Assembly: GCA_038496445.1 (NCBI GenBank)
Contig: JALMLS010000464.1
Location: 1 to 45,407 of the forward strand
Direction: 5' to 3'
DNA: 45,407 bases
Source of the DNA: Trichosphaerium sp. ATCC 40318
Lineage: Eukaryota; Protista; Tubulinea
The position numbers and the translations under genes were made by a program. This document shows positions 24,283 to 39,429 of this stretch, piece by piece. The notes under the pieces were generated by a model that had not been told where the DNA came from, did no database searches, and saw only the letters and a list, made by a program, of their open reading frames with translations. The stretch's first letter is position 1. Each line of letters begins with the position of its first letter.

Positions 24283-24584
24283 ACGACTGAAAAAGGCACT
24301 CCTATTTTTGGGTTTTGTTTGTTCATTCTTGTACTGTATTTTCTTGGCTTTGTATTGTGTTAAAAAGCTTTGCTTCAGTACTGAGTAGCGTTATTCTTGA
24401 TAATGAGCCATAACGGGAGGAAGGTAGTTGAGATACTGACCAGTTTTTGGTTTGACAAAATTCTGTGAAGAAGAACAAAATGGACTCTTGAAAAGGTCTT
24501 TGTTTTCGCTTGTTTCGCTTTGTTAACGCGTTTCTCTCGTATAATTAAACAAGTAATCACTTGGTAAACTCTTTAAACGCAGTT

Positions 24585-26397
24585 ATGGCAGATTCGCTAG
24601 GTGGTTTGTCTTCCTTGTACCCTTTTGATTCAAATACGGCACAACAAGGAGCAGGAAACTCGTTCCAGGAGTTTGATCCCTTCCAAAAGCCAAAGGAAGA
24701 AGAACCCATTATCAAGCACGAGGATTTAGGCTTCTTCGACTCACCAAAGAGTACGTTAAACGTTAACGCTGTATTTAACGCATTTATTAGAGGAAGCTAC
24801 ACCTCCATCTGCACTACCTGCGGCTTTCTCGCCACAAAAACCAGCAGCGCTTACTAGATCTGCCACGGTATGACTTTTGAGAACCGAAAACGCATTGTTG
24901 TGGCAAAAACTCCCAAAATTGCTAACGTCGCTATTTTCATGCCAGCTACAGTCCTATACAGGATTTTTCTTCGTTAGAATCTATTTTCTACACGTAGCTA
25001 ACCATTTTCTTTAAAAGGCTCCTGGAAATGTATCAATGCCTCTTTTCGCTCTTTTAGACGCGTCAGGATCACCTAACGTTACGCCTATGAAGGTGAGTCG
25101 CAATTTCTTATTTTCTCGGCCAAGTAACCTGACTTTAGCCTGCAAACAAGCCAGAGTACATGAGTGATTCAGCTTTACCTATACAGACACCACTAGGTAC
25201 TGATTGACAAACAACAAACGTTAAAAAATAAAGTCCAAAAAAAAAGCAATTTTTTTTTCGGAAAAAGGAAACTCGACTTACACTTCTTGTCTTGTATAGA
25301 AAGTCACTTATTCAGTAATAATGGAGATATCTCGCCTGAAGCTACAACTACAGATACTATTTTACCGTTGACACCTGATGCCAATGCGACTAATGAACAA
25401 TTTCCTCGAAGCACTCCTCCTTCAAAACTTTCTGGTTCAACATCGTCAGCTACTACTTTACCTCTTGTTGATCCTATTCTTGGTTCTACCAAGAGTGATG
25501 ATATTATCCCTGAACCTGAAGATTTGACAAACTTGCTTGATACTATTGAGGTATTTCACAAATTCTTTCAAGGAACACGTGTTCGAAAAGACATTTTTTT
25601 TTTTCAAATTTTTTTCTTATTTTTTTTGAGACACGTACGTGCTTCATGTCTAGTCTTATATGTTATTAGCCTCTTCCTAAAGATAATGGTACAAAACGTG
25701 CAGTATCGTCGAACCATTCAGGATCTCGTAAGAGCTCTGACGCTGTGAAACCAGTAGCGAAAGTGAAGCCAGTAGTAAAGGCTAAGCCTGCTGTGAAGGC
25801 AGTTAGTCGTGTTGAACCTAAGAAAGATACATTGCGTAAGAGTTCTTCTGGTTCTTCTGTGAGCGATGTAAATAGACATCCTGTAATTGATGATAAGAGT
25901 GACGCATTAGCTCAAAAGATATCAGCCTTACTTGAACTTCATTCTGCTAGCATTAAGGTAAGCAACCTATTTCTTTTTTTTTCTTTTTTTTACTTTTTAG
26001 TCCTTTCGTTGTTTGTTATTTTTGTTGTTGTGTATTGATGTCATTTAGGCTCATGTGGTGCGTGTGGAGAAAAAGAACAGTGCTCTTGAAAAACGCGTTA
26101 AACAACTGGAGGTGAGTTTTTTTTTTGTACTTCTATCAGCAACTCTTGTGTATTTTTTTTATTCAGCACTCTTGTTAATTGCTTCTTAGGCACAGAACAA
26201 AAAGTTAGAAGCTCAACTTACTGCTGCTCAGAAGAAGAGCGCTGAGGTATGGATTTCACTAAAAAACCTTAAGACACAACGCTTAAGATGACTTTGCTTT
26301 AAAACTCTCATTAGTTTTTTTTCTCTAAGTTTACTTTTAGGATACAACTACGTTGGGTCGCCTTAAAAATGCATTCTTTAATACTACAAATGCTTAA
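24585..26397 (+). CDS. Hypothetical low-complexity protein with C-terminal coiled coil
   Basis: MADSLGGLSS...FDPF, Ser/Thr/Pro-rich exons, KPV repeats, then AHVVRVEKKNSALEKRVKQLE|AQNKKLEAQL...NA*, joined by GT-AG introns. Internal exon boundaries are partly uncertain. Confidence 0.65.
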
Positions 26398-26717
26398 ACA
26401 CAATATTTTGATCTCTTTGTACAATAGCAACATGCTTGTTTGTTGCAACACAGCAACGCAACGAAGCTTTAGTAAAAAAAAAAATACCAAAAAAAACCAT
26501 CAATTTTCTTTGTTGTCACTTACTACCAAAGTAGTTTCACAAAAATTTCGCCTCTGCACACGTGAATTCTTTCCTAATAATATTTTGATAGGCCGTGTTA
26601 ATACGGTACTCATGCAAATGAACATAAAAACCGAAAACAAGAAGAAAAAAGGAAGTACTTGATATTGAGGTGAAAAAACTATTTATTTTTTATGTAGTTT
26701 TTTGTTACAAGTTGAGT

Positions 26718-28352
<1,635 letters not shown>

Positions 28353-28362
28353 TTTTTGAAGT

Positions 28363-28400
28363 TTGTTGTTGTTGTTGTTGTTGTGTTGTTTGTTATTGTT
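28363..28400. repeat. (TTG)n microsatellite just 5' of the actin start codon
   Basis: TTGTTGTTGTTGTTGTTGTTG followed by degenerate copies. Confidence 0.85.
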
Positions 28401-28860
28401 TAATAATATGATTGTATTTGGGCTTAAAAGTATTCGAATAAGTTTACCTTTTTGATTGTATTCTCAGTGAACAGAAAATCATTTTTGGAAGAAAAAAAAA
28501 AACCAAGAAACACAGAATTCTCGAGTTTTGGGAGAGCTACGGGAATTCCATGCTTGCAACATACTATTACAATGGCACATATACAATAATTACGGTATCT
28601 TCACAACTTCGTTTATATTAATTTTCATCCAAATTGCCGTTCATGAAGGAAAATAAAATAAAAAAAGTAACTGAACGACTCTATTTTCTCAGCAAAAAGA
28701 TGCATGCAATGAACCGAATATTAGCCTAAACTTGCATCTGTACGCCGCTGTCGCCATTTTTATAGCCAATACTGAATGAGACGCTGAAATATAGTAAAAA
28801 ACGCCAAAACTACGCCCACAAGTTGTAAATTGATAGTGTTTAGAACCAGCGTTTGAGTTG

Positions 28861-30634
28861 ATGTTGAGAAGATGTTTGACTTTGAGTATTATCCACAACC
28901 GGCCGTATAGCGCCGTACGGCGTTTTAACCCGCTCTCTATGCTTGTTAGATCGAGCGTAGGCCTATTTAACGCCAGAAAATCTCGTTTAAAGCTTCAAAA
29001 ATTACAATCGGTTAATACTGTAAAATATGGTCTGTGGAGTAACTATTACGTAGTGTGCGGTAATCTAACTAATTTTACAGCCAGTTCGTACATACTCGCT
29101 AACCAACGAATGGAAATGGACTCTTGGGCAACAGATCTTGGCGTGAAAACAGCTGAGGGGTGGTATGACGTTGATAAAGCAACATTGAAGCGAGAAACGG
29201 TCAAAGCCACTCCACCCGCTTTATTAAAGCTGTAAGCTACGCTTTGTACCGACTATACAATTAAAAAAGACGTTTTGGTGCAGGTTCGAGGGTTGTATGC
29301 CAACCGCTCTCATGTCAATTTACAGCAATTACAATTGGCAAGTTTGGAAGTTCAAGTACGCCTTACTCTTCGCTCTTTAGTGAACTGAGTTTTTAATTGT
29401 TGCAGCTTTACTTTTCTTGTTTCTTTCTATCAACGTGCTTATCACGTGACAATGTTTTTGTTGTGCCTGATTGATGCGATTATGTTTAACTGACTTTTTT
29501 GGAACTAGACTTACGCCGACTGATTGTTGGACAAGGAAGAACTCTAGAGCTTATTTTGAACATATGGCTGTGACATTAAAAGTTATGCTAATGACTGATT
29601 GGTATAAAGTGAGTGGATTTAGCTTGTGTCTTGTTGAAGGAAACTCGTCGCTCATTGGCAAGTACGTACCAAAAATCATGGAAGAACTTTTCTGCTGTAG
29701 CCTGTTGGAATAGTCTAAGTAAACCTTAGATACAATAGATCATATTCAGCTGCACTGATGGATGCTTACCCTGAGTATGAGTGGGTAATATGGCGATTCG
29801 AGTGCGGTGTTTGTATTTTCTTTGTGACCTTATATTTTGTTCAGAAACATGCCTGGTGGATGGTGGGAAGATAAACACAATCAAGGCTTATTCTTGAACG
29901 GAGTTGCCAAGGATATTAATTTCAAAACTCTAGATGATTGGTATACTATAAGATGTGGAACAATAAATAATAGAGGTGGCAGGACACTTCTTCTGATGTA
30001 CGTTAAGGGAGAGTAATTTTCGATTTTTTCTGTTTTTGTTGTCAAGTTCGCTCTTTACTGTCAAGTTTCTTATTCATTTAGTTATAATGATTCTCCTTCT
30101 TATATGTTAAAATCAGTATATCCTGATTATAACTGGCAAGCTTCAGAGTTCAGGTACACAGCATATTTCATGGAAACACTTTTTTCATGTTTCATCTTTT
30201 TTTTTTGACACTTGTTTTTCTGGTTAGTAAGAAGCCAAATATGTATTGGGCAACTACAAGGAATATTGTAAAAATTTTAAACAAGATAAAGAAACGATTA
30301 AATCTGCAAAAACCGAAGGACTGGTACACCACATTTGTGTTCTTTCTCAAAATTTTCTGATTTACTATTGACTAACAAACAACAAGGTACCGTGTTTCAA
30401 CTCAAGATATCACTGATGTTGGTGCACCTGGTCTTGTAAGGAAATGGCCTCGAATTTTATTACACTTGTATCCAGATGAAGAGTGGGATTGGAAGAAGTT
30501 CTCAGATGCATCAAGCAAAAGAGCGAAACAAAGGTAAGTAAAAAAAAACCAACGATCGTGCTTATAAAAAAAAAGGGGATTACTTACACATACAAACTCT
30601 CTATTGAAGGGTACAAGTTAAGTACCAATCATAA
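28861..30634 (+). CDS. Second Trp-rich repeat protein, with a mitochondrial-presequence-like N-terminus
   Basis: MLRRCLTLSIIHNRPYSAVRRF (Arg/Ser/Leu-rich, no acidic residues). Repeats such as DAYPEYEWVIWRF, PGGWWEDKHNQ, TLDDWYTI..GTINNRGG and LYPDEEWDWKKF. Confidence 0.75.
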
Positions 30635-31312
30635 AACCGGTAAATTCCATGTCGAAAAACACTGTACAAACTGTAATAGTAAATTTCCTTAAAACCCTTC
30701 ATTTGTGAAAAAGAAACAGACCTAGTAGTTTCCCACTCTCAAAAATGTGAGAAAATGTTGTTTATATTTTTATCGGTCTAATCATCTGTCAAAGTACCAT
30801 ATTATGAGACTGATAATGTGAAGAGTATTGCCAAAGAATTATCTGTAAAATAAGGTTTTTGGTCAAGTGCAATTGCCAATTCCAAGTGCAGTACTAGAAC
30901 AGTCAAATTGTTTTACTTAAGCCTTCTTACCTCTCAAAATCTGCCGAGCTTGTAAAATTAAAAAGCTGCTCCAAGTTGACCATTGGAGTGGGTCCAGGTT
31001 GCCCTGTTAGTCATTAATTTCGGTTGTACAAACTAGATATTCGAAGGCAGCAACATTGTATGACTTAAAGCGGAATGGGGAATTTTCTAAGCAAATAAAA
31101 TCGGCCTCAACAATGTTTACCACTAATTGTAGTTGTCTAGCAATACTGGATATGGTGACCTGATCAATAATAGCATCACACTAGACTCTTTACTTACCAT
31201 TGTAAGCGTACAAGGCCAGTGACTATTACGCTATAGTACAGCGTATTTAGATAAATTCATGACACAGTTTAAAAAGCACTTCAAGTATCAGTTTATTAAA
31301 CAACCCTAGTAC

Positions 31313-32485
31313 TTAACGATGTAGCAGTGCTATGCGTTCTTCATTTAATGACGCCACTGACTTTGCTGACCGTTTACTAAACAAGTTAAATGAGTATCGA
31401 AGATGAATCTTTTTAAAGTCACCTTGATACACACGGAGCTATTAAACCTGGGTAGAATGTTGGAATAGTGATGCTTGGTGATTGAATTGTTCTATATGGT
31501 GTTTGAGTGCCTACAATTCTTGTAAGCCAAATATAATAACCAATATATGATTGAAGAGAACATAAGTACCTGTTGTTTTATCAATTGCTATTGACACTCG
31601 TGGGGTGGCGGTATTAACGTCGATACCAATATTTCTGGTATCATCAAGCCTTGTTAACAAGAAAATACCCCCAACAGTACCTAAAGTATTGACAGATGCC
31701 ATGTCAATAACACATGCTCCTGGAACAAAAAAAGCTGGTGTATCAATAGTATAAAGCACAGTGTCTCCAGAGCTTTGAAAAACAGCCACCATTGTTGTTT
31801 CGCTATCAACTACCACTGTAACCGAAAAAGTAAGCCATATTAAGCGAGAAAAAAAGCAGAAAAAAGAACAAATTGTTGTTCGCCAACGTACTTCCAACAA
31901 ATCCAGGAGGTCTTATTGGTGTTCCGCATGAGTATATTGAAGATACACAGTTATCCGTATTTGTTATGTCAAGTTTATATGTTGCCACTGTGAATGTCGA
32001 GCTAAACCAAACAATGAATGTTGTATCATCAATAAATTGACCGGCAGCAACAAACTCTGGGAATTCGCCAGTACATATTAATGTGTTGTCAATTGATTTA
32101 ACTATTACTTTAAATCCACTGGCATCTATCATTGTCAAAAGAATCATCGAGCCATCAAATGAAGGTACTAAAAAAGTGTCATCAGCCTGTAAAAACAGCA
32201 TATTTGGTATAAACAACTTTGGCTTACTTATGACTGGAAATTGTTCTATTTGAAGCGTAAACGTAGCAGTGACGCCCAGAGAAGTAGGTTCTGCAAATGG
32301 TTAAGTACGAAACAAAGGTGTAAAGGTATTTTACCATTATTAAACTCTAAGTCTGTATAAAATACTTCAACATTTTCAGGATCAGTTAGTGATGAAGCCA
32401 CACCATAAACATATCCAGGAGGTATTTGGCGACAAGAAATAGCTATAATTAAGGCCAATAACCCCAATATGGACGTAAAATGCAT
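31313..32485 (-). CDS. Secreted protein of unknown function, copy C
   Basis: MHFTSILGLLALIIAISC. Same six-exon structure as copy B, all GT-AG, intact frame ending ERIALLHR*. Confidence 0.85.
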
Positions 32486-33022
32486 GTGATCAAAGGTATT
32501 TATTTAATAAGAGACGCTGCGATGTAACAAGAGATGTGTGATGTGATTGGCCTTCAAAACAATTGTTTGCTTAAGTGAACAAAACGCACTTGATTTCACG
32601 AAGCAGATTCATCGCAAAAAACAAAAAGTCATGGCGTAATATTTGCGCCAATTTTATATAGTGATAAGTTAGATGTCACAGCATACTTATAGTTTAAATT
32701 TTGTCCAATGAAATCTCGTGTTTGGTTAAAAACCACGAACTGACAAGAATGATCCGGCTACACAGATCGAACTGTAACGAGAGGATTCGAGATACCTATT
32801 CAATGAATGTATCAGAGGTATCACGTGCTCCGAGACACCGTGTCTATATCGTTATCTAGCGATTGCGAATTGTAAAAATACAACGTCAATAGTGTTTGGG
32901 TTTTCCTATTGTTTTCACGACTACTTCTTGATGCAGATGAAAGAAAACGAATTTCAATTGAAAAAACAGTAATGTTTATGACTCAACTCTCGTATTACAC
33001 AGTCCACTACAGTTTTATACAA

Positions 33023-34750
33023 CTACCCCATACAAGCCATGATGGCCATTGCACTTAAAGATACAGTTAAGATTGCTGCAATGTACTGATAGAACAATAA
33101 CGCAGACACTCCATTTGACATATTTCCATGAATAGTTGCCATTACAACAACAGTGACGGATGTAGGTGCACCTAACCATAACGTTACAAGAACTTACTGA
33201 ACAGTTCATATACTACTTACATCCTTCTATCATAAGAACAAGCAACATTACTTTATCATTATCGAATAACCCAATTACTTTATGAGCCAAGAAAAACACT
33301 ATACCAAATGTAAACAAAGCAGGTATAAGCACCATCTTGATAAAACAAATTGCTGAAAGCCACTTAAACTTTATATCAGTTTTTGGTGGCCCCTATAAAT
33401 CGTAAGTCGAGTTATAAGCTGCTGTTGTGACATAGAAAAAAAAAAGAAAAAAAGACTTACACGTGCTATTTTACTTCCTAGAATTATCATAGCAAGTGGC
33501 ACTAGGCAGTTACCAATCAGTGTACATGCTGTAGTAATAAAACTCAAAGGCGGAGTGCCACTGAAGTATTTACTTTCATGAAACAAAGCACGGACTTGTG
33601 GTACGCAGCCAATAAAAATAGCTAAAACAGCCTTAGCAACGGAACCTGTAAACAACGTAGTTCTGCGTACCTAATACACCCACACAAATTGGAGGAGTTA
33701 ACATGCCGTAACCTAGCTTTGAGTATCTTTTAATACGTTGCCAGTTGTTTTCTTGTATTTCTTCAACAACAACATCTTCAGCATCTTCAACAACATCTTC
33801 TATTCCAGAGTCTTCAATTAGCATCTCTGTTTCTGTATCGCTTGTGGTTTGTATCATATTGTCAAATGAATTGCTTGATTCTTCCTTCTAAAAAAAGTTT
33901 GTCTTAGTGCTTGTTGAGAAACTAAAGATTTTACATCCTTATTCTTTGCCAAGAGATTAAAACCAATCAACCATGTCGGAAATTGCATGAATATAGCAAT
34001 CAACAGTACATACGATGTGCTACGGTTCTATATTTAATAAGTAAAGCCTTTCAATAAAAAAATAGGATGTACTAAGAGTATCTCGGTGGATTCTTTGGCA
34101 TCGGATTGAAAAAGCTATTGGATGATTAGAAAAACATGTGTCTATTTACGCTCATTACGCACTTGTGGAGAATTTTTTATGAGAGAGGTTGTATAAGCAA
34201 GAGCAAAACTTGCGGTACTTGAGAGTCCAAGAACACACATCAAGTAATACTTAAAGGAAGTCGATGTGCGGAAAATTCTGAGTTTAAAAGGTATAAGGAT
34301 AAGTTTCTTTGATATTCTCACGCACTTTCCTATCGTCCAGCCAATGAAGAGACCAAGTGCAATGTATAAATAAAGAAATACGAATGTAGGCCAGTATTTA
34401 ACAAGTTGAGAAAGTGTTACAACGTCAGACACTTAATGTTTTAAGTCATAACCTTTTTAGACAATTTTGTATTGTTTTTTAGCTTTTTGCGAGAAAAAAA
34501 GGCGGTGGCGGACCTGTTGCGAATAGCAGTGATGGCATAATAAGTGATTTTATAAGGTTTGAAATACTCTGTACTGTATTGTCACTTAAGACGCCTATAC
34601 GAGTCATCGTAATACCTTAAATAAGTGAGTTTACGCGTTTGTTTGTTCGTTGGCAAAAACCTGTTTATTTCACTTACCAGCGGCAACTAAGCAACATATT
34701 TCACCTGTTGCTGCTAAAGCCGAAAACGTGATAACCTTTAACGTAGCCAT
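33023..34750 (-). CDS. Auxin efflux carrier (AEC/PILS-like) membrane transporter
   Basis: Two hydrophobic halves separated by an acidic loop. Motifs LIMPSLLF, LTPPI, LIGNCLVPLAMIILGSKI and VLMIEGCAPTS...VSALLFYQY are typical of PILS/AEC proteins. Confidence 0.85.
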
Positions 34751-34801
34751 AGCCAATCTGGAAGTGTTATTAAGTTCGTTACTTTTTACGACTAAAAAGC
34801 C

Positions 34802-34815
34802 AAGTCACGTGACTT
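34802..34815. promoter_or_regulatory. 14-bp perfect palindrome AAGTCACGTGACTT (E-box core) ~50 nt upstream of the transporter ATG
   Basis: Seen directly. It lies between the divergently oriented transporter and F-box/MORN genes. Confidence 0.45.
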
Positions 34816-35128
34816 TGGATGGACAAACCAAAAACAGATTGTCCGAGTTTACAATTACTTTCATTGCATTGAACTGCATGTAGAAGTTAATCTGGATGAG
34901 AATGGAATCGCCATTAATAGTATTCTGTTGCAATCTGTACAACAGATTTTGACATGCAAACCAATTGGTTTGTGTCAAGCATAAACTCAACCTGTAGGCG
35001 TTGTAACTTTTCATATTTCACGTTTAATGTAATAAAAAAATAAATAGAACACGTGTATTACTCTTCAGTGACTAGGAGTTGGCTGATTTTTAGTCTTATA
35101 AAATCAAAATACTCATAGACCTGCTTTA

Positions 35129-35934
35129 ATGGCGTCAAAACGAAAGGTAGCTGGCTAAAACGTACTATGTAGCATAAACTAACCGGCGACATCCTCGTAG
35201 ATTAATACCTCAGAGTTGGCTGATTACTGCCTATTAACCCTCCCCGTTGAGCTGCACCTAGATATTATCGATTTAGACGGAGAAGTATTCAATGGCCTCT
35301 TTTATCCAAACACATGGCTATAACTACAAGATTCAATAGCACGTTTGATAAGCATGGTAAATGGAGGAAATATTTTAATTGTCCAATGCGCATTCAACGT
35401 TTCCTAATTGAAGGAGAAGGCAACTTGTGGAATGCTGAGCATAAAAGTCTGGTTAAAATGGAATGTTTTTACATCAATAGTAAGAGACACGGACAAGAGA
35501 AGCGTTGGTATAGGAATGGTAGGATGGAATCCACGTGTTTGTACTCGAACAACATAAAAGTTGGAGAAGAGAAAAGTTGGTACATGAATGGCATCAAAAG
35601 AAGTAGTATTTCTTATAGCAAGGCTACGGCTCCGATTAGTAATTGTACAACAATTCAGAAGCTAGAAGGTGATAAAATAGCTTGGCATGATAATGGCCAA
35701 ATGGCTTACAAGTGTTTTTATGTTGATAACAAACAGCAAGGTGAAGAAAAAAGTTGGTATAAGAATGGTCAAATAAAGCGTCAATGCTTTTATGTAAGTA
35801 CACAACAACAAGTCTTTCCACAAAAACAGGGCGAAGATATATTTTGGAGTGAAGATGGTGAATTAAGAACTATACATTTTTATGATAAAGGTCAATTTAT
35901 ACGTGACAAATCGTATTTAGCGATATCGTTTTGA
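35129..35934 (+). CDS. F-box-like + MORN-variant (YwqK-type) repeat protein, with an apparent -1 frameshift near 35300
   Basis: MASKRK|INTSELADYCLLTLPVELHLDII (intron 35147-35200) is out of frame by one base with ORF 35314..35934, which carries GxEKxWYxNGQ repeats. Confidence 0.7.
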
Positions 35935-36379
35935 CTTAGATAGAAATCATTTCTCATAAGATTCACGCGTTCTTGTTGATCTACAATACCAGATTGGAGG
36001 CAGAATATGTCTCACTCAGCTTTAATCCCTGGATCACATACCCAGAGACCCTTCCCATTTATTAAATTGGAGTTATCTCTTGTACATGTACAACAAATTA
36101 CATATATAAATTGAAGAATTCAATCAGCAACACAAAAACTTTTTGCATCATAATGTGCCATTGTATAGAACTGCTACTTGCTGATGTTGTTTTACGATAC
36201 TACTGTACTTAAACAACTATCTCTCACTTATCAAACGCCGTAAAATACCTATTTATACTGTCAAAAAATGAATGAAAAGCACGTGATTACTAACGTTGTA
36301 AACCACCAACTTCCAAGTGAATGTCTATGCGAGCATTGGTTTAGAACGTTTCGACTTTATAGTTTTCGCTCATTTTAAA

Positions 36380-36580
36380 GGTACCTGAGCAAGTTGAATC
36401 TCTAGGCAAGGCTTATTGTTAGGTATTGGTTGTATGGCTAGCTCCAAAGCTTTTATACTGTCGGGCTTATCCAAGAATGGTATTTTTCCTTTATCGTTCG
36501 GAACCGGAATTGACTTAATCGCTTCGTTGTCAAGTTTCTAGAGTACGTTAATGATAGCCTCATCATCTAGTTTGCTCTTC
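36380..36580 (-). pseudogene. Coding-like exon relic with one in-frame TAG
   Basis: KSKLDDEAIINVL*KLDNEAIKSIPVPNDKGKIPFLDKPDSIKALELAIQPIPNNKPCLEIQLAQ followed by a GTACC donor. Confidence 0.3.
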
Positions 36581-37544
36581 TAACTTATGTAGAGGTTTAT
36601 CTAGAGTCCCTTTAAAACTCATTAAAGAGTTAACAGTCGAGCACAAAAGGAAGTTAAGTACCGGCAAACAAGAACTAAGTCATTGTTAATTTTGATCAAA
36701 AAGCAATTCAATTGATTTCGAGTGTCCATGGCGACGCGCAGTGAAGTGGTGTTTGACCGTCTTCCATAGTAACACTTGTTTCGAATTTGTTTTTAAGAAG
36801 AATTTCCAAGTGATTGTGTTTGCCCTTGATGCAAGCCAAATGCATCATTGTACAGCCTATGAAAAATCCAAAAAAAAGCAATTTCCTTGTATTCGATTAC
36901 TTACCGTATGTACTTGGTATAGTGGTTTTAAGTTGTTTAGTAGCTATAAGAGCTTCTATGGCTGTGGTAGAGTTGCACATTATGCTCATGTGAAGTACCT
37001 TACATGACCAGACAACACCAATACCCCTTTGTAGCTACTGCTTTAATTGTATAGAGCTGCTTAATATCCGAGTACTTAGAGATACATTTTCTATGTAACA
37101 AAAACAAAAGTATCCTCCCTAGGTGAGGACACGGTATTTTTATTTGTTTTCATTCAGATGCACTTCCTAGGTAAGGCCGCTGGTTTTTGTTTTTGAGAAT
37201 TCTTTTTTTTTTTTTTGGGTACCAAGTAAGTTCTATGTTCACCGATACTTTAAGATCACGGAAGCCGCTAATAGATTTGTTACTTTTTTTTTTTTTTTTT
37301 TTTTTTATTGGTTTTATAGACCGACCATTATGTGTCTACTTTCGTCAGCCACTACGAAAGGTTTAAGAGGGTTTTATGTGAGTCGCTTCGGTTAGTCAAA
37401 CCGAAACTAGCTGTGGAGAACTACTTCCATCTGATATCGAGAATATTTTCGTTTCTTTTTATACCATTAAAAACTACACAAAAATAAATTGTGGTATTAA
37501 TAGAAGCTTCTAGAAGGTTAGTTCACTGAAAATTCTATTTTAAA

Positions 37545-37750
37545 TACTCAAATATGGATAATGCACATTTCAAAACGCTCCCAAAGGCCTGTGATAGCTA
37601 TTTACACACGTGGAAACCACATTGGACAAGTTTTGTATCTAAAAGCGTGCAACGAAACGAGAACTTCTTTTTTTAGATACTGTTTCGTAATTACTCAAAT
37701 ATGGATAACGCTCGTTTGGAAAACCACAAACCTTGTACTAGCTATTTTCA
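37545..37750 (+). repeat. Degenerate direct repeat, ~147-nt period
   Basis: TACTCAAATATGGATAA occurs at 37545 and 37692, each followed ~35 nt later by TAGCTATTT. Confidence 0.6.
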
Positions 37751-37836
37751 TGTATTTGGAACTGTTTTGACACTATTTTATAAAAAAATGTGGTGCTAGT
37801 GCAGGAAGAGGTAATCTTGAATCACAAGATCTATCC

Positions 37837-38201
37837 TAGCGCCCTTCCGTTATGAATGAATAATTTGAATATTCAAATACAACCTACATTCACAAATATT
37901 CACGACTAAAAAAATTCATTCATTATTCATGCACACAGTAAACGGCAGAAAATTGTGCAATTTGATGGCTGATTTTGACTGGATTTGTGGGTTTTGGTGT
38001 TCTGTTGACTATTCCGATTCGGTTTTCAAATGCAACTTGTTGAATCTATCCATTAGGAACATTGCTAAGTGCTACAAACCAAAGCTCCTCCACATACTGA
38101 CTCACCAAACGCCCATGAATATTCATGAATGAATATTAATGAATATGGCTTACGGGACAATGAATATGAATATTGCTTGTATTCATAACGGAAGGGCGTT
38201 A
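37837..38201. mobile_element. hAT-type MITE (365 bp, 21-bp TIRs, 8-bp TSD)
   Basis: TIRs TAGCGCCCTTCCGTTATGAAT / ATTCATAACGGAAGGGCGTTA (20/21). TSD ATCTATCC at 37829-37836 and 38202-38209. Clustered subterminal TGAAT/ATTCA motifs. Confidence 0.9.
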
Positions 38202-38509
38202 ATCTATCCTTTCTGCTGTGATGTTTTTAGGCAAATTTTCAGTGTTAGTGACTGCTCATCTCAACACACTGTTTGGTAATAATTGATTTACATTATACTG
38301 TCAGCGAAGAACTCGCTGTCAAGCTATTTGACAAGTACAAATTCCCTTTACCAATATCACGTGACAAAGCTAGTTTTACACATTTCTTATCAACTAACGT
38401 TCTGACCGTGATAACTCTTTGTAGGAGGCTGGGAGCAAATATACAAGTCAGGAGTTTGGTTAAGCTACAGTGAGTTTTTAACAAGTTTGACCATTACACT
38501 CATCAAATA

Positions 38510-39429
38510 ATGTCGATCAAGCAAGAAGAAGCTATGAATCGAGTTACACGTCTTCAAAGTATGCCACCAGAGACGATTACTCATATTTTGAGTTTTTTAG
38601 ACAGGAAACAGCGTATTAGAGCTTGTAGAGTATCTAGTGTATTCAAAGACATCATACGTAACAATCTTGGCTTTAATATCATCAAATTACATGATTCAAC
38701 AGATTGTCGTGTTCTCTTTGAAAGTCCTTTGCTCAAAAACACTAAAATTGTTTGTGAGTATCTAGAACTAGAAGGGAACGACTTGAATTATCTTTGTGGT
38801 GTTCGAACCATTTATTTAAATGGTGCCATATTGACAGATGCAGATATTGTTGGACTAGTAAACAAAGGACAACATTTTAGTCACTGCTCCATTCATACAA
38901 TATACTTGAGTGAAACGTCCATCACAGATGTATCTTTAAAGGCACTCAAAGGTGTACATACAATCGATATTAGACATTGCAAGAATATTACTGTTGAAGG
39001 AATAAAGGCACTAAAAGAAGTTCATAAACTTATCCTCTCTAATCCTCAAGACTCATGGTTGAAGTATCTATGTAATGTCCATACGCTCTTTATTGATAAA
39101 GCTAAATGATGACTGATGAAGGATTCTCATCGTTGATAAATGTGAATACCCTTTCCTTGATTAGGTGTCCGAATATAACAGACTCATGTTTGAAGAACTT
39201 GGTCAACCTGAAGCAGCTTGGTGTTTGTGGGTGTAATGGGATTACAGACTTAGGATTAAAGTACTTGGTCAACCTTGAAATTCTTTACCTTATGTCTAAT
39301 GATATGATCACCAATGAATGTTTTGAGCACTTGAAATCACTTAAACGCCTTGTTATTCTAAGTGGTTGTAAACAGATTACAAAAGAAAAAATTGAAATGC
39401 TAGGTATAACTTTTGTTTCATTTTCTTAA
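38510..39429 (+). CDS. Intronless F-box / LRR protein split by a -1 frameshift at 39104-39109
   Basis: F-box LQSMPPETITHILSFLDRKQRIRACRVS. The LRR register continues across ORFs 38510..39109 and 39106..39429 (VHTLFIDKAK/MMTDEGFSSL). Confidence 0.8.
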
